Assembly: GCA_965178125.1 (NCBI GenBank) | Contig: OZ237765.1 | Location: forward strand, 434,001 to 498,000 | Direction of reading: 5' to 3' | Source of the DNA: Bilabrum cf. latius | Lineage: Eukaryota | Length of the DNA: 64,000 bases | Shown here: positions 1 through 12,669 of the stretch, one piece after another | Numbering within the stretch: the stretch's first letter is position 1 | Layout: every line of letters begins with the position of its first letter | The notes under the pieces: generated by a model | What the model was told of the DNA's origin: nothing | The model's input: only the letters and a program-made list of their open reading frames with translations | The model's database searches: none | Position numbers and translations under genes: made by a program

Positions 1-3000
1 ACCCCTGTGATTTGCCCTTACCGTCCTCCCCCTCCTGGTCATCTTCAGCATCCTCCTCAGCTCTTTCGCCAGAGTCGGGCTCGCCTGCCGATTCACTGTC
101 CTTGCCGCTAGCCCCATCGTCGGCCTATCCCTTCGCCCGCGCTCCAGCGCCTGTTTCCCCGGCATCCTCGCGAGCACTACTGCCACTTCTTCCGGAGTTG
201 CTCTCGCCTTGCTTCTTGAGAGCAGCTCTATGCGCCTCAATCATCATCCGTCGCTCCTTACGCAAGTCACGTACCTTCATCACTGCGTCGAGCGCAGCGC
301 GATGAGCACTCTCGGAGTCAGCGTGCTCTCTCTCGCCCTCTGACCACGCATCCAAGTACTCCCTTTCCCTCCTGACCATCTGCTCAACGTACTCTTCCTG
401 ACCCGTTTCATCTTGGTGCCTCTGCTGCGCTGCCGAAGCTAGGGCATCGCTGTTGTGCATCGTCTACCACTCTGCCTCCACCGCCGCTGCGCGACGCGAT
501 AGAAGCTACTCGCAAAGGCCGTACTATGCAGAGAAGAGCCGCGCAGCACTCTCCACTACGGCGGCAAAAAGATGAGACCTGGCTTCGTCTATCTGTTCCA
601 ATCGCGTGTCGGCATCTTCGGAAAGCTTAGACAAAATGGCGTGCTGCAGCGAGCCAGGCGTACCCAACGCGCTCGTATCAAGTTTCCCTCCAACCTGATT
701 CGCGTCAGCTGTCTCGCCGTCAGCGTCTGTGCCCTCGCTTGTGCTCACAAGCCGAGCGTGCTCTCTATCAATTATCTCAAACTTGTCGCGGAGCAGTTCC
801 AGACGAAGCAGCCCATGCTTGGTGGACTCGAGCGCGTTCCAGATCTCCCTCCTCTGCTCATACCCCTGCTTCCACCGCTGCACGGCCTACCAAACCACGG
901 CCACGACCTGCACCCTCGGCACGTCGTGCCACAATGGACCGCTATCGTACCAGGGCATGCGGGTGCGGCCCTACAGGTCCTCCATGGACAAATTTAGGCC
1001 GCCTGCAGCACTCAGAGCTGCCACGGCAGTCTGCCTGAAGGGCATGACCACGCTCGAGGCGCCCTTGCCTCCTTTCTTCTTTCCCATCAAACCCGCTGCA
1101 ATCCGCGCCTGGGCAGCGAGGCGCTGTTCCCCGAGATCTAGGACGCTCATCAGCGCATCCACGGGGACGAGGACCCTTGCAGACTCTAGAATGGCCTCCG
1201 GGGTGAGCTCGCTGGGGTCCACTCTGGCTGGCTTGAAGCCCTTGGCGAATGCCTTGTCGTGCGTCCCGTCCTCCCTGGGCGTATCCCTCGCTGCCATCAC
1301 CGCCTTGCCCCATCGTTTCTCCGACTTGGCAACCCGCCCGCTGCTTGCGGCCGACCTCGTGTCGTCGAAGCCCATGATTGCGCTGCCTACCATTGCAGTG
1401 GCAGCTGCTGCAGGGTCGGTCATGGTGTTGTAACCCGCGTTGGCTGCCACCTTGTGCACATCTATGCCACGCACGGGCCCCAGCACCGGCCCGCCCTTAT
1501 CCATGTCCAGCAGCAGCTGCATGGCCCCGCGAGATAGCAACGGAATGGTCCTGCACCCGATCCCGGTAGCAGCGTCAGCCTCGCTGCATGAGTCGTCTGC
1601 TGCGTACATTGGGGCGTCGTGCGACACGCTGATCACCCCAGTCTGGGTAGAGGCAGATAGCAGCATGAGAAGGCAAGTGGTGATCCTTGGATTGAGGGGC
1701 CACGGCTTGAGGCTTTCATCCTGGCCGAAGAGGCCGACCGTAGCTGCGAAAGGGCTGGCCCTGCTGTATGGCAGCAGGGCATCTGGCTCGTGCCTCAGAG
1801 CGAATGGATCCCTGCGCTGGATGCTCCTCTCGCCCGACTGTACCACCGGGGTGCAATCGTTGATGTCTGCGCCCTCCTTCACGTACTTTGCCGCCTCCAC
1901 AGCGAGGCCTAGTCTCCGTCTTCCTTCAAAGTCACCTGACGGTATGACCACCTTGGCGACCTCTTCCCATTCCTGCATGCTGTCGACCCGCATTGAGGTG
2001 TGAAGACTGCCCAGGATCCCAAGCTCCTGCAGCTGCCCTTTGCTCGCCCCGAGCGCCTCCATCGCGATGCAATCCATGGCCTCCATGAGAACATGACCAG
2101 CAGTGACTTGCTCCTCGTAACCGTCAGTTGACTCGGGTGCTGCGACACCGGGTGCAGCAAGGGCCTCCGACCTGGTCCCTTCATCCGCATGAGCTATTTC
2201 ACTCGAATCACCGGCGGGTGCTCGGTCTTTCGGTTGGACTGTACTGCCGTCAGCGGCCTCCGGTTTAGAGACTGCTGCCTTGGCCGTTGAAGGGGTCGCA
2301 TCGGCCGCATTTTCCTCACGCTCTCCCGGAACACCCACGCCCTCCTCACCCGGCAGCATTCCCTCTTCGGCAGGAAGCACCTTGCTGGCCTAACCATCGG
2401 AACTGGCTTCCTAGTCCGGTCCGTCTTCGATCTAGGGCATATTCCCACGCGTGGAGACGTCTTCCTCGCCCCCTGCCATTCGGCTTGACGGCCCGTCCTC
2501 TTCACCAGCTCCTTCATCATGCCCGCTGTGGCGGTCCACCGTCGCCTGCACCGCGGTCCTGACGGCCTGTGCGTGGATCTTAGTAGCCAGCAGCCTAGGC
2601 AACCAGATCGGCACTTGCTCGGATCGCTGGAAATCGGTGAACAGCTGCAGCATGAGGCTGCGTGCCCCCTCACTGGTGGCATCGTCTGCTGTAGTCTCCT
2701 ACTACACACCGCCTGCATTCCCCGACCCAGTCGTGCCTGCCGCAGGCTTTCCCTTATTCTTTCCCTTCCCACGCCTGTTTCGCTTGCCCCTCCCTTTTTT
2801 CTTCTTGGCCTCCTGGGGCCGAGCACTAGTACCAGGCACCACTGAGGCTCCATTGCCAGCGCCGCCTGCTTCTTCCTGCACGTCTCCACCCCCGTCTCCT
2901 CCTTCGCCGTTCTTCTTCCTGGGCTATCCAAGCAGCCCAAGGCTGCTTCCATCCCTCCGAAATACGTGCTCCAGCCAATCGCTCGATCTGTCTACGACTG

Positions 3001-4294
3001 GCGGGATGGGGGGCGCCACTTCCATGTCCTCGCCCTCTTCTCCGTCCTCGCCATGTGCATCACCACCATCCCGGTGCTCTGAGCTCAACTATCCCTCCCC
3101 TTCCTCCCTGCTCTGCAAAGATCCCAGATACCCCGCAGCCCTGATCAGGCCCTGCGCCCCTCCCCTGGAGCTCTCCATGTGCCTCCTGGCAGCGCCCACC
3201 ATCGCCCCGAGTGATCGCCTCACAGACAGGTGGTACCCCCGGGGAACAACTGCGACGCCCGACTGAGTCGCAGCCCGCACCGTGTCGCCATGCGACCGGA
3301 GAATCCCGCTGGCCATCGCACTAGTCAGCAGCTCGTCCTGCCAGAACCGCTTGTCCTCGCCCGGCTCCAGCTGAGCCACCGTTGCGTCCATTGAGGGATC
3401 CACAAGGCCGGGACCCCACTGCAAGACTGAAGAGTGCGGCTCGCATGGGTGCGCGATCCCTGCTCCCGCACCCGCACCTGGTCCTGCTCCCGCACCCGCA
3501 CCTGCTCCTGCTCCTGCTCTTGCACCTGCACCTGCTCCTGTCCCAGTACCAGTCGTACCAGCACTAGTGCTAATCTGCCCAGCGACAGCCTCGAGATCTA
3601 GCCGACTGGCTGGCAGCACCGCCGCTGTGACGAGTGGGACTCTAGGCCGCTCCACCCTGGACATATCCTAGAGGCCTGTCTGCTGGTGCTGGTGCTGGTG
3701 CTATGCGACAGCGTCTGCCTCTAAGCCTGCGCCCGAGGCTGGCTGGGCGGAATCTCTCCGAGGATCGCGTGTGCTGTCATGTGCGGCGTCGCTGCTGGGT
3801 CCTGTTTCAGAAGAAGTCTTCGTACGGTGGCGTGCTTGCTCATCCAGTCGACTGGCCAGCTGCACCGCCGTGGGAGGTGCAACGAGACCGAGCATCGGCG
3901 GGAACGCTGCGACGCAGGCAGAGACGCGATAAAGCAACTGGAGGAGGGCTTAAACAGGCGAAGCTCAGACAACGAGCAGCACCACACCAAAATATCGCTT
4001 ACCGTCATCTTCGGGTGGGAGTTGAGCAAACAGTGTGTCCAAGCCACCGAGCCAAGCCTCTCCTTCGATCTCTCCATAGGAGTAGAAGCGCCCCCAAGCC
4101 GCTAAGGCCCATTCCCTCCCTAGGCTCCGCATATTTCTGATCTAGTCACGAAGTACGATGCCGTTGATTGAAACATCTTTCAGCCAAGAAGTTTCGCCAG
4201 ATTCCAGCAGCTCTGCAACCGCAGCACGGGCCTCCTCAACTGATATGGGCTCTTCATCCGGATCAGCTCTCCCTCGACCAGCTTTCTTGCTCAT
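1..4294 (-). CDS. Large hypothetical protein (>1400 aa, low-complexity and coiled-coil-like C-terminal part), 3' end runs off the window
   Basis: Minus ORFs 4142..4372, 3701..3937, 3089..3664, 2432..2653, 971..2380, 524..883 and 125..460 share one frame. They are separated only by TAG (about 16), apart from one probable intron 3949..4002 (GTAAG...TAAG) that holds the only TGA/TAA. ATG at 4294 (MSKKAGRG). No family recognised. Confidence 0.75.
3461..3545. repeat. Hexamer-based coding microsatellite giving a (GA)n Gly-Ala run
   Basis: Repeated cctgct/cctgca/cccgca units, translated on the minus strand as GTGAGAGARAGAGAGAGAGPGAGAGAG. Confidence 0.8.
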
Positions 4295-4608
4295 ACCTGC
4301 GGGATTGAACGTGAAGGAATGTTGAACCAACGTGCATTGTCGAAATACTCCACGGTTTACGTGAGGTACCAATGTCCGTAGATCCTTGTGTAAACCCTGA
4401 TCCCTTACGTGAAGTATACCGTTGAACTGCTCGTGCCAATAGATGATTAATATAGTTTGTCAAACCGTGTAGAGTGAACGCTCTCTTTGCGTGGATAATG
4501 GGGTGGCTTTTCCTTTAGGGAATGCGCGGCGCCGCCGGATCAATCCAGAGTTGCGGAACCGCTCGCCCAGCTGGATCAATGCACAGTTGTAGTGAATACT
4601 CTTGAGTT

Positions 4609-6319
4609 ATGGCGGGTGTAGCTGGTGGCCCTATCTCGCTAGGTAGTGATGATATTGATATGGCCAGTATTGTGAAGAAGTATGGCCTGAATGATAATGT
4701 TGGGCACAAGATGGTTGCAATGCGAGACTACTCGGTGAACCCCAGGCTGCGCTATCGAACTATCAAGTCTGTGAATGGACCTCTCGTGGTTGTGGATAAT
4801 GTTAAAGGTCCAAGGTATGAGGAGATCGTACAGATCTAGCCAAGGGACGGGCCGCCCCGAACTGGACAGGTGCTCGAAATCAGCGGAAGGAAGGCCGTGG
4901 TGCAGGTAAGATACTCACAGCTTGGGATGCTGGCACAACCGATCAAATATATGCTTAACTTGTGTGGTGCTTCACTCGCTCCAGCACATCCCGCAGGTGT
5001 TCGAAGGCACGGACGGGATTGACAATACGCACACCACGTGCAAATTCACTGGAGAGACGTACCACATGCCAATCAGCGAAGAGATGCTTGGCCGCTAGTT
5101 CGATGGGAGTGGCAGACCGAAAGACGGAGCCCCCCCGATCGTAGCGGAGGACTATTTGGACATCATGGGAAAGCCGATCAACCCGTGCGCCAGGGAGCAT
5201 CCCCGCGAGATGATCCAGACCGGAATCAGCGCCATCGACACGATGACGTCCATCTCGCGAGGACAGAAAATCCCCCTTTTCTCTGCAGCGGGGCTGCCCC
5301 ACAACCAGATTGGCGCGCAGATCTGTCGCCAGGCCTCTCTGGTTGACAACAGCAGCACCACAGACAGCCATCCTGACAACTTTGCCATCGTGTTTGGAGC
5401 CATGGGCGTCAACCTCGAAACCGCGCGTTTCTTCGAGGAGGAATTCACAAAGTCCGGCGCCATGGAGAACACAGTTCTGTTCTCTAACCTCGCCAACGAC
5501 CCCACCATCGAGCGCATCCTCACTCCGAGGCTGGCCCTCACCACAGCAGAGTACCTGGCCTACGAGAGGGAGATGCACGTCCTGGTCATCCTCACTGACA
5601 TGACGGCCTACGCAGATGCTCTCCGCACAGTCAGTGCGGCGAGGGAGGAGGTTCCGGGCCGCAGGTCGTTCCCCGGGTACATGTACACGGACCTTAGCAC
5701 GATCTACGAGAGGGCAGGCAGGGTCAGGGGCAGAAACGGCAGCATCACGCAGCTGCCCATCCTGACCATGCCGAACGATGACATCACGCACCCCATCCCC
5801 GACCTGACGGGCTACATCACGGAGGGGCAGATCTACGTGGATCGGGGCATGGACGCGCAGAAGATCTACCCGCCCATCAACGTGCTGCCGTCGCTGTCCC
5901 GGCTTATGAAGACTGCCATCGGGGAGGGCAGTACTCGGGAGGATCACGCGGACGTCGCCAAGCAGATGTACGCCGCCTATGCAGAGGGCAAGGATGCAGC
6001 AGCTATGCAGACCGTGGTGGGCGCCGAAGCACTCACGGACGACCAGCGGAAGTACCTCGAGTTTGCACAGAACTTCGAGAAGCAGTTTGTGCGGCAGAAG
6101 CACGACGAGAAGAGGAGCATCGTGCAGTCGCTTGACCTTGCGTGGGACCTGCTGCGGCAGCTTGGACGGAGCATGCTCACCAAGATCAGGACCTCGCACG
6201 TGGACAAGTATTTCGCCAAGACGCAGCGAGGGGCACCGATCGGGTCTGCGGCTTCGGTGGCGGAGGCGATGAGCGGGGCTGGGGGGGCTGCAACTGGGGG
6301 TGCAGCCGGCGGGCACTGA
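4609..6319 (+). CDS. ATP6V1B: V-type H+-ATPase subunit B
   Basis: Motifs [90 protein letters not shown]. Intron 4906..4996 (GTAAG...GCAG). In-frame TAG at 4837 and 5096. TGA stop. Confidence 0.97.
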
Positions 6320-6479
6320 CAATGATCCGTGCAGGAGCCTGGATGGTTGCTTGCCACAGCTAAGTTGTGTGTCTTGTGGAGGTTTCTTTTCTTCTCAGAA
6401 CTTGAAATGAGACATCAGTTTACCTGTGCTAGAAATCACAGTCAAGATGTACCGCGGATCGGCTACGCTAAAGATCGGA

Positions 6480-9400
6480 TTAGACCAAGCTCTCGACGCT
6501 GGGCTGCTGGAGGCCCTAATCAGCGGGCTCTGACCCAGACCCGAACAAAAATGCCTCTAGCGCAAGATACAGCGCATCCAACAGCTCATCATGAAACAGT
6601 GACTGGAGGCTCCGCGCCTCGACAACCTGCTGCAGCTGTGCCCGAGGCATCGGTCGGTACGGAAGCGCCCACGGCAGCCGGTGATCGAACAAATCCGCGT
6701 TGGCAGCTATTCCAGGGGAGCTCGCGTTGTTCCTCCAGACATCATCGAAGAATACCATCCACACCTGTGCCACGGGACTCAAGCACAGCATCTTGGCGCG
6801 TGCGAAAAGAAATACAAGACCGTTTGCATGCTGCTCGCACATGTCCCACAGCAAGCTCTGCGACTGCCTCTCGAATACGTGCTTCCTCAGCGTACCAGGG
6901 GTGCACGACAGATTCTTGTAGATGTATACATACAGCTCGGGGTCCATCAACTCGTCGTTCTCCTTCCGCCTCTGCATCTTTCGCAGACGCATGCGGGACA
7001 GCAGGCCGGACACGGTCGCTGGAAGCCTCTGCTGGATGAGTAGCTGGTTGTCAGGGTCAAAGAGAATATCGCGCAGGGGCTGCGTCACGTTGAAGGCTGG
7101 GAGAATTTCCAGCTCTTCATGGCTGAGCAACGCCTGGCAGTCGTCCAAGACGACGTGCCGCTTGGTGTGCGGTGCCAGTGCGACACCTTTGCCCTCGGTC
7201 ATGTGCAGGCTAACGCCAAACCCAGGACTTGATGGATCGCCGGCCTTCCTTCTCTACAACCGGAGCATCCCATGGGAATAGTGCACATCCACCTGCACCG
7301 TTGTCTGTCGCAGCAGCGTACGCGGCCGCAGCGTTTTCTAGTCGATGTAGATCTCTTCGCCGTCCTCGACCACGTGGGCCTCCGTCCGGTTGACAGAGTA
7401 TCTCACTTCGCACCCGTGCAGCGCCCTTATTTGTTCCCTGACCTGTCTCCGTGCCACGATGCCGTTGTCTACGTTCCTTGCCTTAAGTGCACCCAGATCC
7501 CCGTCTCGAAGCAGAACGTGCGCGTTGGCATCGTCGTACGTGATGGTGCAGCGGAACGGCCAGGGGTCCACTCGCATGGACCCGAAGCAGCTCTTGCTCG
7601 GCTGGGTACCGTCGTCAAGAGAACCGTCGTAGAAAATGTCGGGACCCTCTGCGTGCTACATCACCCATCGACGGAGCGAGCGGATCCGCGGAACGAGGCT
7701 ATTGGCTGCGTGGGACCTTGCAGTGTGATCCCCGCCAGCCTTCTTTACCTGCTCCTTAATCTCCCGCCAACGGTTGCCAAGCTCCCTGCCGTACGCATAC
7801 CCCAGCAAGGCGTCCCAGAAAGAGAACCAGAACCGCCTCGGTATCTCTCTTGTTAAGTCCCAGCCGAAACCAGCTAGCGCCAGCCGGTGCGCGTCCGTGA
7901 GACGCCATGCGCCCAGCGCACCCGGCGTCTCTTGCATGGGCTGCGCAGGCAGCGCAACGGAAGCAACAGACACCCTACGCGAGTGTCGTCCTAATGGCGC
8001 ACCTGCATGCGCTGCAGTCGCTAGGCTCGCATCGCTAGCAGTCGAACCAGCTCTTTCACCATGTGTCACTATATCTCTGGTATTGCTGGCGGCTTCGTGG
8101 GCATCATATGCACCCCCTATCGCATGTATTGTACCGTGTGCACCTAGCTTATCATCACTTGTTAACGGTGACTTTGGCGGGTCGTTTGCCCTTCCGCTGT
8201 GCCGACTAGCCGACACTGCCACAAGAACGTCTCCAGAAACAAGCTGGTCAATACCCGTGCCGAACAGAGAGAACCTCAGCCTTGAAAGCCCAGTTGCGTG
8301 CTCCAGCCTGGCCCACTCTCTCGGCGTTACCATCGCTGCGGCAGCGAGCCCCTGCATCACCAGCAACAGCATCAAGACCGCGGACACGATGAGCCCAATC
8401 AGCACGGCTCCTGGCGTGCTTACTTCGTACGCGAGTGGCAAGCTAGTGCGCTGGTAAGGAACCACGGTCGCAAGCAAAAGGGCCACAATGGCAAGGATGG
8501 CTGCTCCTGCTCCCTCCACGAGTCCCACAACGGGCTGCCTCCGACATTTTGGCACCCGTACATCGTACTCGCTGCCAGGTCGTACGCCGCAGTGCGTGGT
8601 GCAGCAGGAACAGTAGCAGCATCGAGGCATGGTCTGCGGGCAGCAGGCACCCGCACATCGATCACCGCACCGCCGTTCACAACCAGTGCACCAGCACTGC
8701 AGCAAGTCAATCCTCACACCACCAGAACCGGCGTAGCCTACCAGAGCGCGCACTCCCAGAAGGCCGGCGGCCATCACGAAGGCAGCTGCAGGTGCCGTGT
8801 GCAGCCCCTCAGTGAGACCCAGAAGAATGATGAGGTAGGCCACTCTGGCAACGGATGCATACTTCCAGCGCCTATGGTACTCACTGTACAGCTGCGCAAA
8901 TGGTGACTGAAGCGAGGCTGAGTCGGACGATAGTGCCTCCAGGTACGCCTGGTCTAGGAAGGAGTCTGCGCGCCGCTGGGCAGCCTGCATGCGCTGCATG
9001 GCCCGGAGGTCGTGCTTCGGCTACTAGCTGAACGTAGTGTTGGCGGGAGAGTTCGCAACCGGGTCAATCGCTCTTGGTGGGACCGCATTGTGGGACCCGC
9101 CAGACCCTGCAGTTCTCCTTGATCCAACATTTGCTGCCACTGATGTGTGAGGGACGCTGACTAGGCTTCGAGCTATGCTCCCCCCATCTTCTCCTTCGAT
9201 TGACCCTTTGCTACGATTTGTTACATTCTACGCACCCTTTGCATCGTCTTCATCAAATGCTGCATCGAACCCGATCGCGCTGTCAACGTCGACGTCTTCA
9301 GCCTGCGACTCGCCGCCTTGTGCGGCGGCAGCGGCGGCAGCAGCAGCGGCTTCAGCTTTCTGTCTCGCATCTGCTTCTTCTTTGGCAATCGCATCTGCAT

Positions 9401-12356
9401 GACCCTGTACCGCAGCTGCCGCACTGTCAGCTGCAGCGTTCTGAATTGCCTGCCTCATGCTATCAGGCAGTGGGGGCAGATCCTGTTCGCTTGGTGCGCT
9501 GGCGTGGATGCCGAAACACATGTAGATTGGCACCGCCACAGCAACCAGCAGCAGAATAATGGTGGCAGCAGGCAGGTAGGCCGCCTGATACGTCTCTGAC
9601 AGTAAGCAATCGCACTGCCACTGCTCTCGAAACGGACCTTTCCTACTTCCTGACGAACCCGGCCTACCTTCAATCAATTCCACCACAGCCGCGTCTACAG
9701 CCTGAAGATCTCTTTCAGAGTCCAGCAGCAGCTGCATGGTAGACACATCCGAAGGGGCGATGTAGGACACGCCTGGGAACTGTGGCAGGCACGCAGCAGG
9801 TGCTGTCTCTCGCATCACGTCCAGGTAGAACCGCAGCACGTCTGGACTGATGCTCGGGCTGGACGTGCTGTTATCCTGGCTGTTGGATGCTGCTGCTATT
9901 GCCGCTGCAGCCGCCACGGCATCAGGGTTGTCCTGCTCGAAAGAGTTCAGACCCACGCCGCCGCTTGATCGCAGCACTATATCGCGGCCGGTGCGTGCAT
10001 GGCACGACACTACATCAAACGACTCCCTTGCGGCTGCAAATGCCAGCACTGCCACGCACGCTGTGACGAGCATCCTAAGAATAGAAACCATCCATTCATA
10101 CTTGGGAGAGTACACGGGTGTGGCGGTGGCATGCGGAACAGTGCCTGGGTTGCTTTCGCCAGGGTCGGATGACGAGACTCGCCTTTGCCTGCCACGTGTG
10201 CTGACGTCAGTCTCGTGCGCAGCGCGGATTTCCTCGGCGGAGGCAGGCTGGATGCAAAACTCAGCCACTCCCACAAAGATGGCTGCCAAGAGAAGCACAG
10301 CCAACAAAATAAAGAGAGTCGGAGCCTGCCCCCAGCGGAAGGCAGGGGCAAAGTCAAGCCCTGTCGCCGAAGCCACGCCGCCCCAGAACGCCATGTACCC
10401 AGTCCCAGTTCCTGCAGATGCTGGCCGTGTCAGCAGTACGCCAGCAATTTGCCACGTCTCCAGTACTGCCAATCCCAGCCCTGAGGCACCCAACCGGTAG
10501 CAGCACGGCCAGGACCAGATCATAGGGTTGAAGGCACCGCTCACTCTGCGGAGGATGCTGCTGACCGAGTCTTGCTCGACCGTTGGTGGGCCGCTATTGT
10601 CATCGTCTCTAGGTTCTTCTACAACGGATAAACCAAGCTGTATCTTCGGATTTCTTGGGGCCGCAGGAGCATCCGCAGGACGGAATGCATTGCTAGAGTC
10701 TGGCTCTGGGATTCTCAAATACCCGTCCATGCCTACAGGGTCCGGGCTGGCAGGCCGGGACGGAACCGCGAGCGCGTCTTCGAACGTGACCCGCCTGCCT
10801 CCATGGTCCTCCTAAAATCCACGTTCCTTGACTCCATCATACGCTAAACCCTTTGCGTCAGACGCAGACGCCAGGTACACCTCGTCGCCTTCCCTCCCAA
10901 CCAGCAGCCCCTCTCTCGAGTCTAGCAGGGGACCAGGCTCCCAGAACTGCTGCTGCTGTCGCTGCTGCTGCTGCTGACCAGAGTGATCGCCAGCTTCACC
11001 ATCGATAGTGTCGAACTGATTGTCCACACAGGACCTCTAATCAGGTCGTCGGGCGGCCGCAGGGGTCGCAGGGTACATTGTCTCTCGTAGTCTGCCGGGC
11101 GACGGAAGGTCCATCTCTAAAATAGAAAATCGGGCCCTCCTAGCGGGACTCAGGGCACTTTCCACCTCATGCCCAGCAGCTGCTCCCGTGATCTGATCTG
11201 AGTCATGCTCGGTGGGTCCCCCCACTCTCGGCGATGACGGCTAGTCTGCGCCCATGGACGGTGCAGTGTCGGGGTGCATGCTGTTGGAGAGTGATGCAGC
11301 GCCGCCTTCCATTGTGACCGCGGCGTCATCTGTACTGACCAGTTGGCTTGCCTCATCGGAGGCTGCACCGGCCTGCTCTGCTGTGGCAGCGCCGCGTTGT
11401 TCCCTGGGTGAGGGGGGCTCTGGCGCGTTCCTTTGCATCGCGTGCACGTCGTCTTCAATTTGCTTGAGGTCGGCAGACGGCAGTGCCACTGCTTTCTCGA
11501 TGGGGGGGAACCTCGTCCCACTGTTGCCACCGCTTGCATCGATGCCGTGGGCGATGCTGACACCGCTTTCCGTCCCCCCTCCGGTAGTCGAAGTGCCCCC
11601 ATTGCTGTTCCTCTCTCCCGGCCTTCGAGTGCCGCTGCCCCCTCCTTCCCTTCGTCTTGGGGGTGGTATTGGCGGGCGCTTGGAGGGCGGTGGGGCCCCC
11701 CTGCCACGACCAATTGATGTGGCCGTGGCATAGGTGCCCACTGCTGCAGGCATGCTTGAGACGTGCATGCGAGGTGGGGGCATGACGGTCCGACTGGTGT
11801 TCGTGCCAGCTGCGCCCACACTCGTCACACCAGATATATCAGCTCGATGCACGGGTACCTCGGCCTATGCCGATGCTCTCCTCCCTGATTTTTCTGGAGG
11901 TCCCCCGCTGGCGTCTTGCGCTGCCAGTGATGACCCACCCGCGGCGAATCGTAGCGCCGGCGGTCTCACCTTGTGCTGATCGACCGCGTGGCTTCGAGGA
12001 TTCTAACGAAACAGCGCAAGCCCGCTCGGGGGCAGGGATGGCATTGTTGGTGTGAGTACTGGCGAATACGAGTCTGGTGGTGGGTGGGTGTAAACGTGAG
12101 TGTCAAACGGCTCCCACCTTGCCAGCTCTTTGCACCTGCGACCAAGCCATCCAAGATGAGCGTCGAGTGCGACGCTGGCACTGGCCGATGCAACACGAGC
12201 AGCACCGTTCCTGTCAGCGAGCTAATATTTGTCAGCAGAAAATTCACTGACAGACTCATGAACACTATCCTCGAGCCGCGACGAGGACGAACCGCTGATG
12301 CGATCTCTTTGCTTGCCATCCGTTGCACTCGGCACATTCCTCGTGCCTGGGCTCAT
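6480..12356 (-). CDS. Large multi-pass membrane protein (~1950 aa), function unknown
   Basis: Minus ORFs 11241..11852, 11037..11225, 10812..11027, 9228..10730, 7656..8999, 7338..7577 and 6516..7202 are one frame broken only by about 13 TAGs. Several hydrophobic helices and a globular C-terminal domain. TAA stop at 6480. Start ATG 12356 is tentative. Confidence 0.75.
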
Positions 12357-12669
12357 GTCCTGCAGTACATGGGCAATACTTGATGCCCTATGTGTTTCAC
12401 GATCATGATGCTCTGTGATTGCAAGGCTCGGCCAACCATGTTGCTTTGCAGAGCCTGAACCAATTCTACCTTCGATCACCCCAAGCCGTGACTGTGGTCT
12501 TGGGAATGACTTTCCTGGCAGCATTGCCATACTTGGACGAACAGTATAACTTAAAAGTATATCATTTGATCCAATTATTCTCAAGCCTTGGCCCCTTTCA
12601 ACAAGTCTAATGCAACTGCCGGTGCGCAACGAGTCTGTTGCAGCATCGTGCAGTGCAACTCGGGCAAAG

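Noticed and set aside
3950-3973. In-frame TAA and TGA in the first gene as evidence that all stops are reassigned
   Set aside because: Both fall within a plausible 54-nt GTAAG...AG intron (3949..4002) whose removal keeps the frame
5096-5098. TAG = Leu or another hydrophobic residue (V-ATPase B GR*F aligns to Val/Ile in many homologs), or TAG = pyrrolysine
   Set aside because: This single site is variable and is outweighed by conserved Gln sites (24120, 57397) and TAG within CAG/CAA runs (3701, 61835). Pyrrolysine is not known in eukaryotic nuclei and would not be this frequent.
4955-6322. Long antisense ORFs (also 20944..22338, 33932..35245, 58898..60319, 62192..63004)
   Set aside because: These are shadows of GC3-rich genes on the opposite strand and have no recognisable motifs
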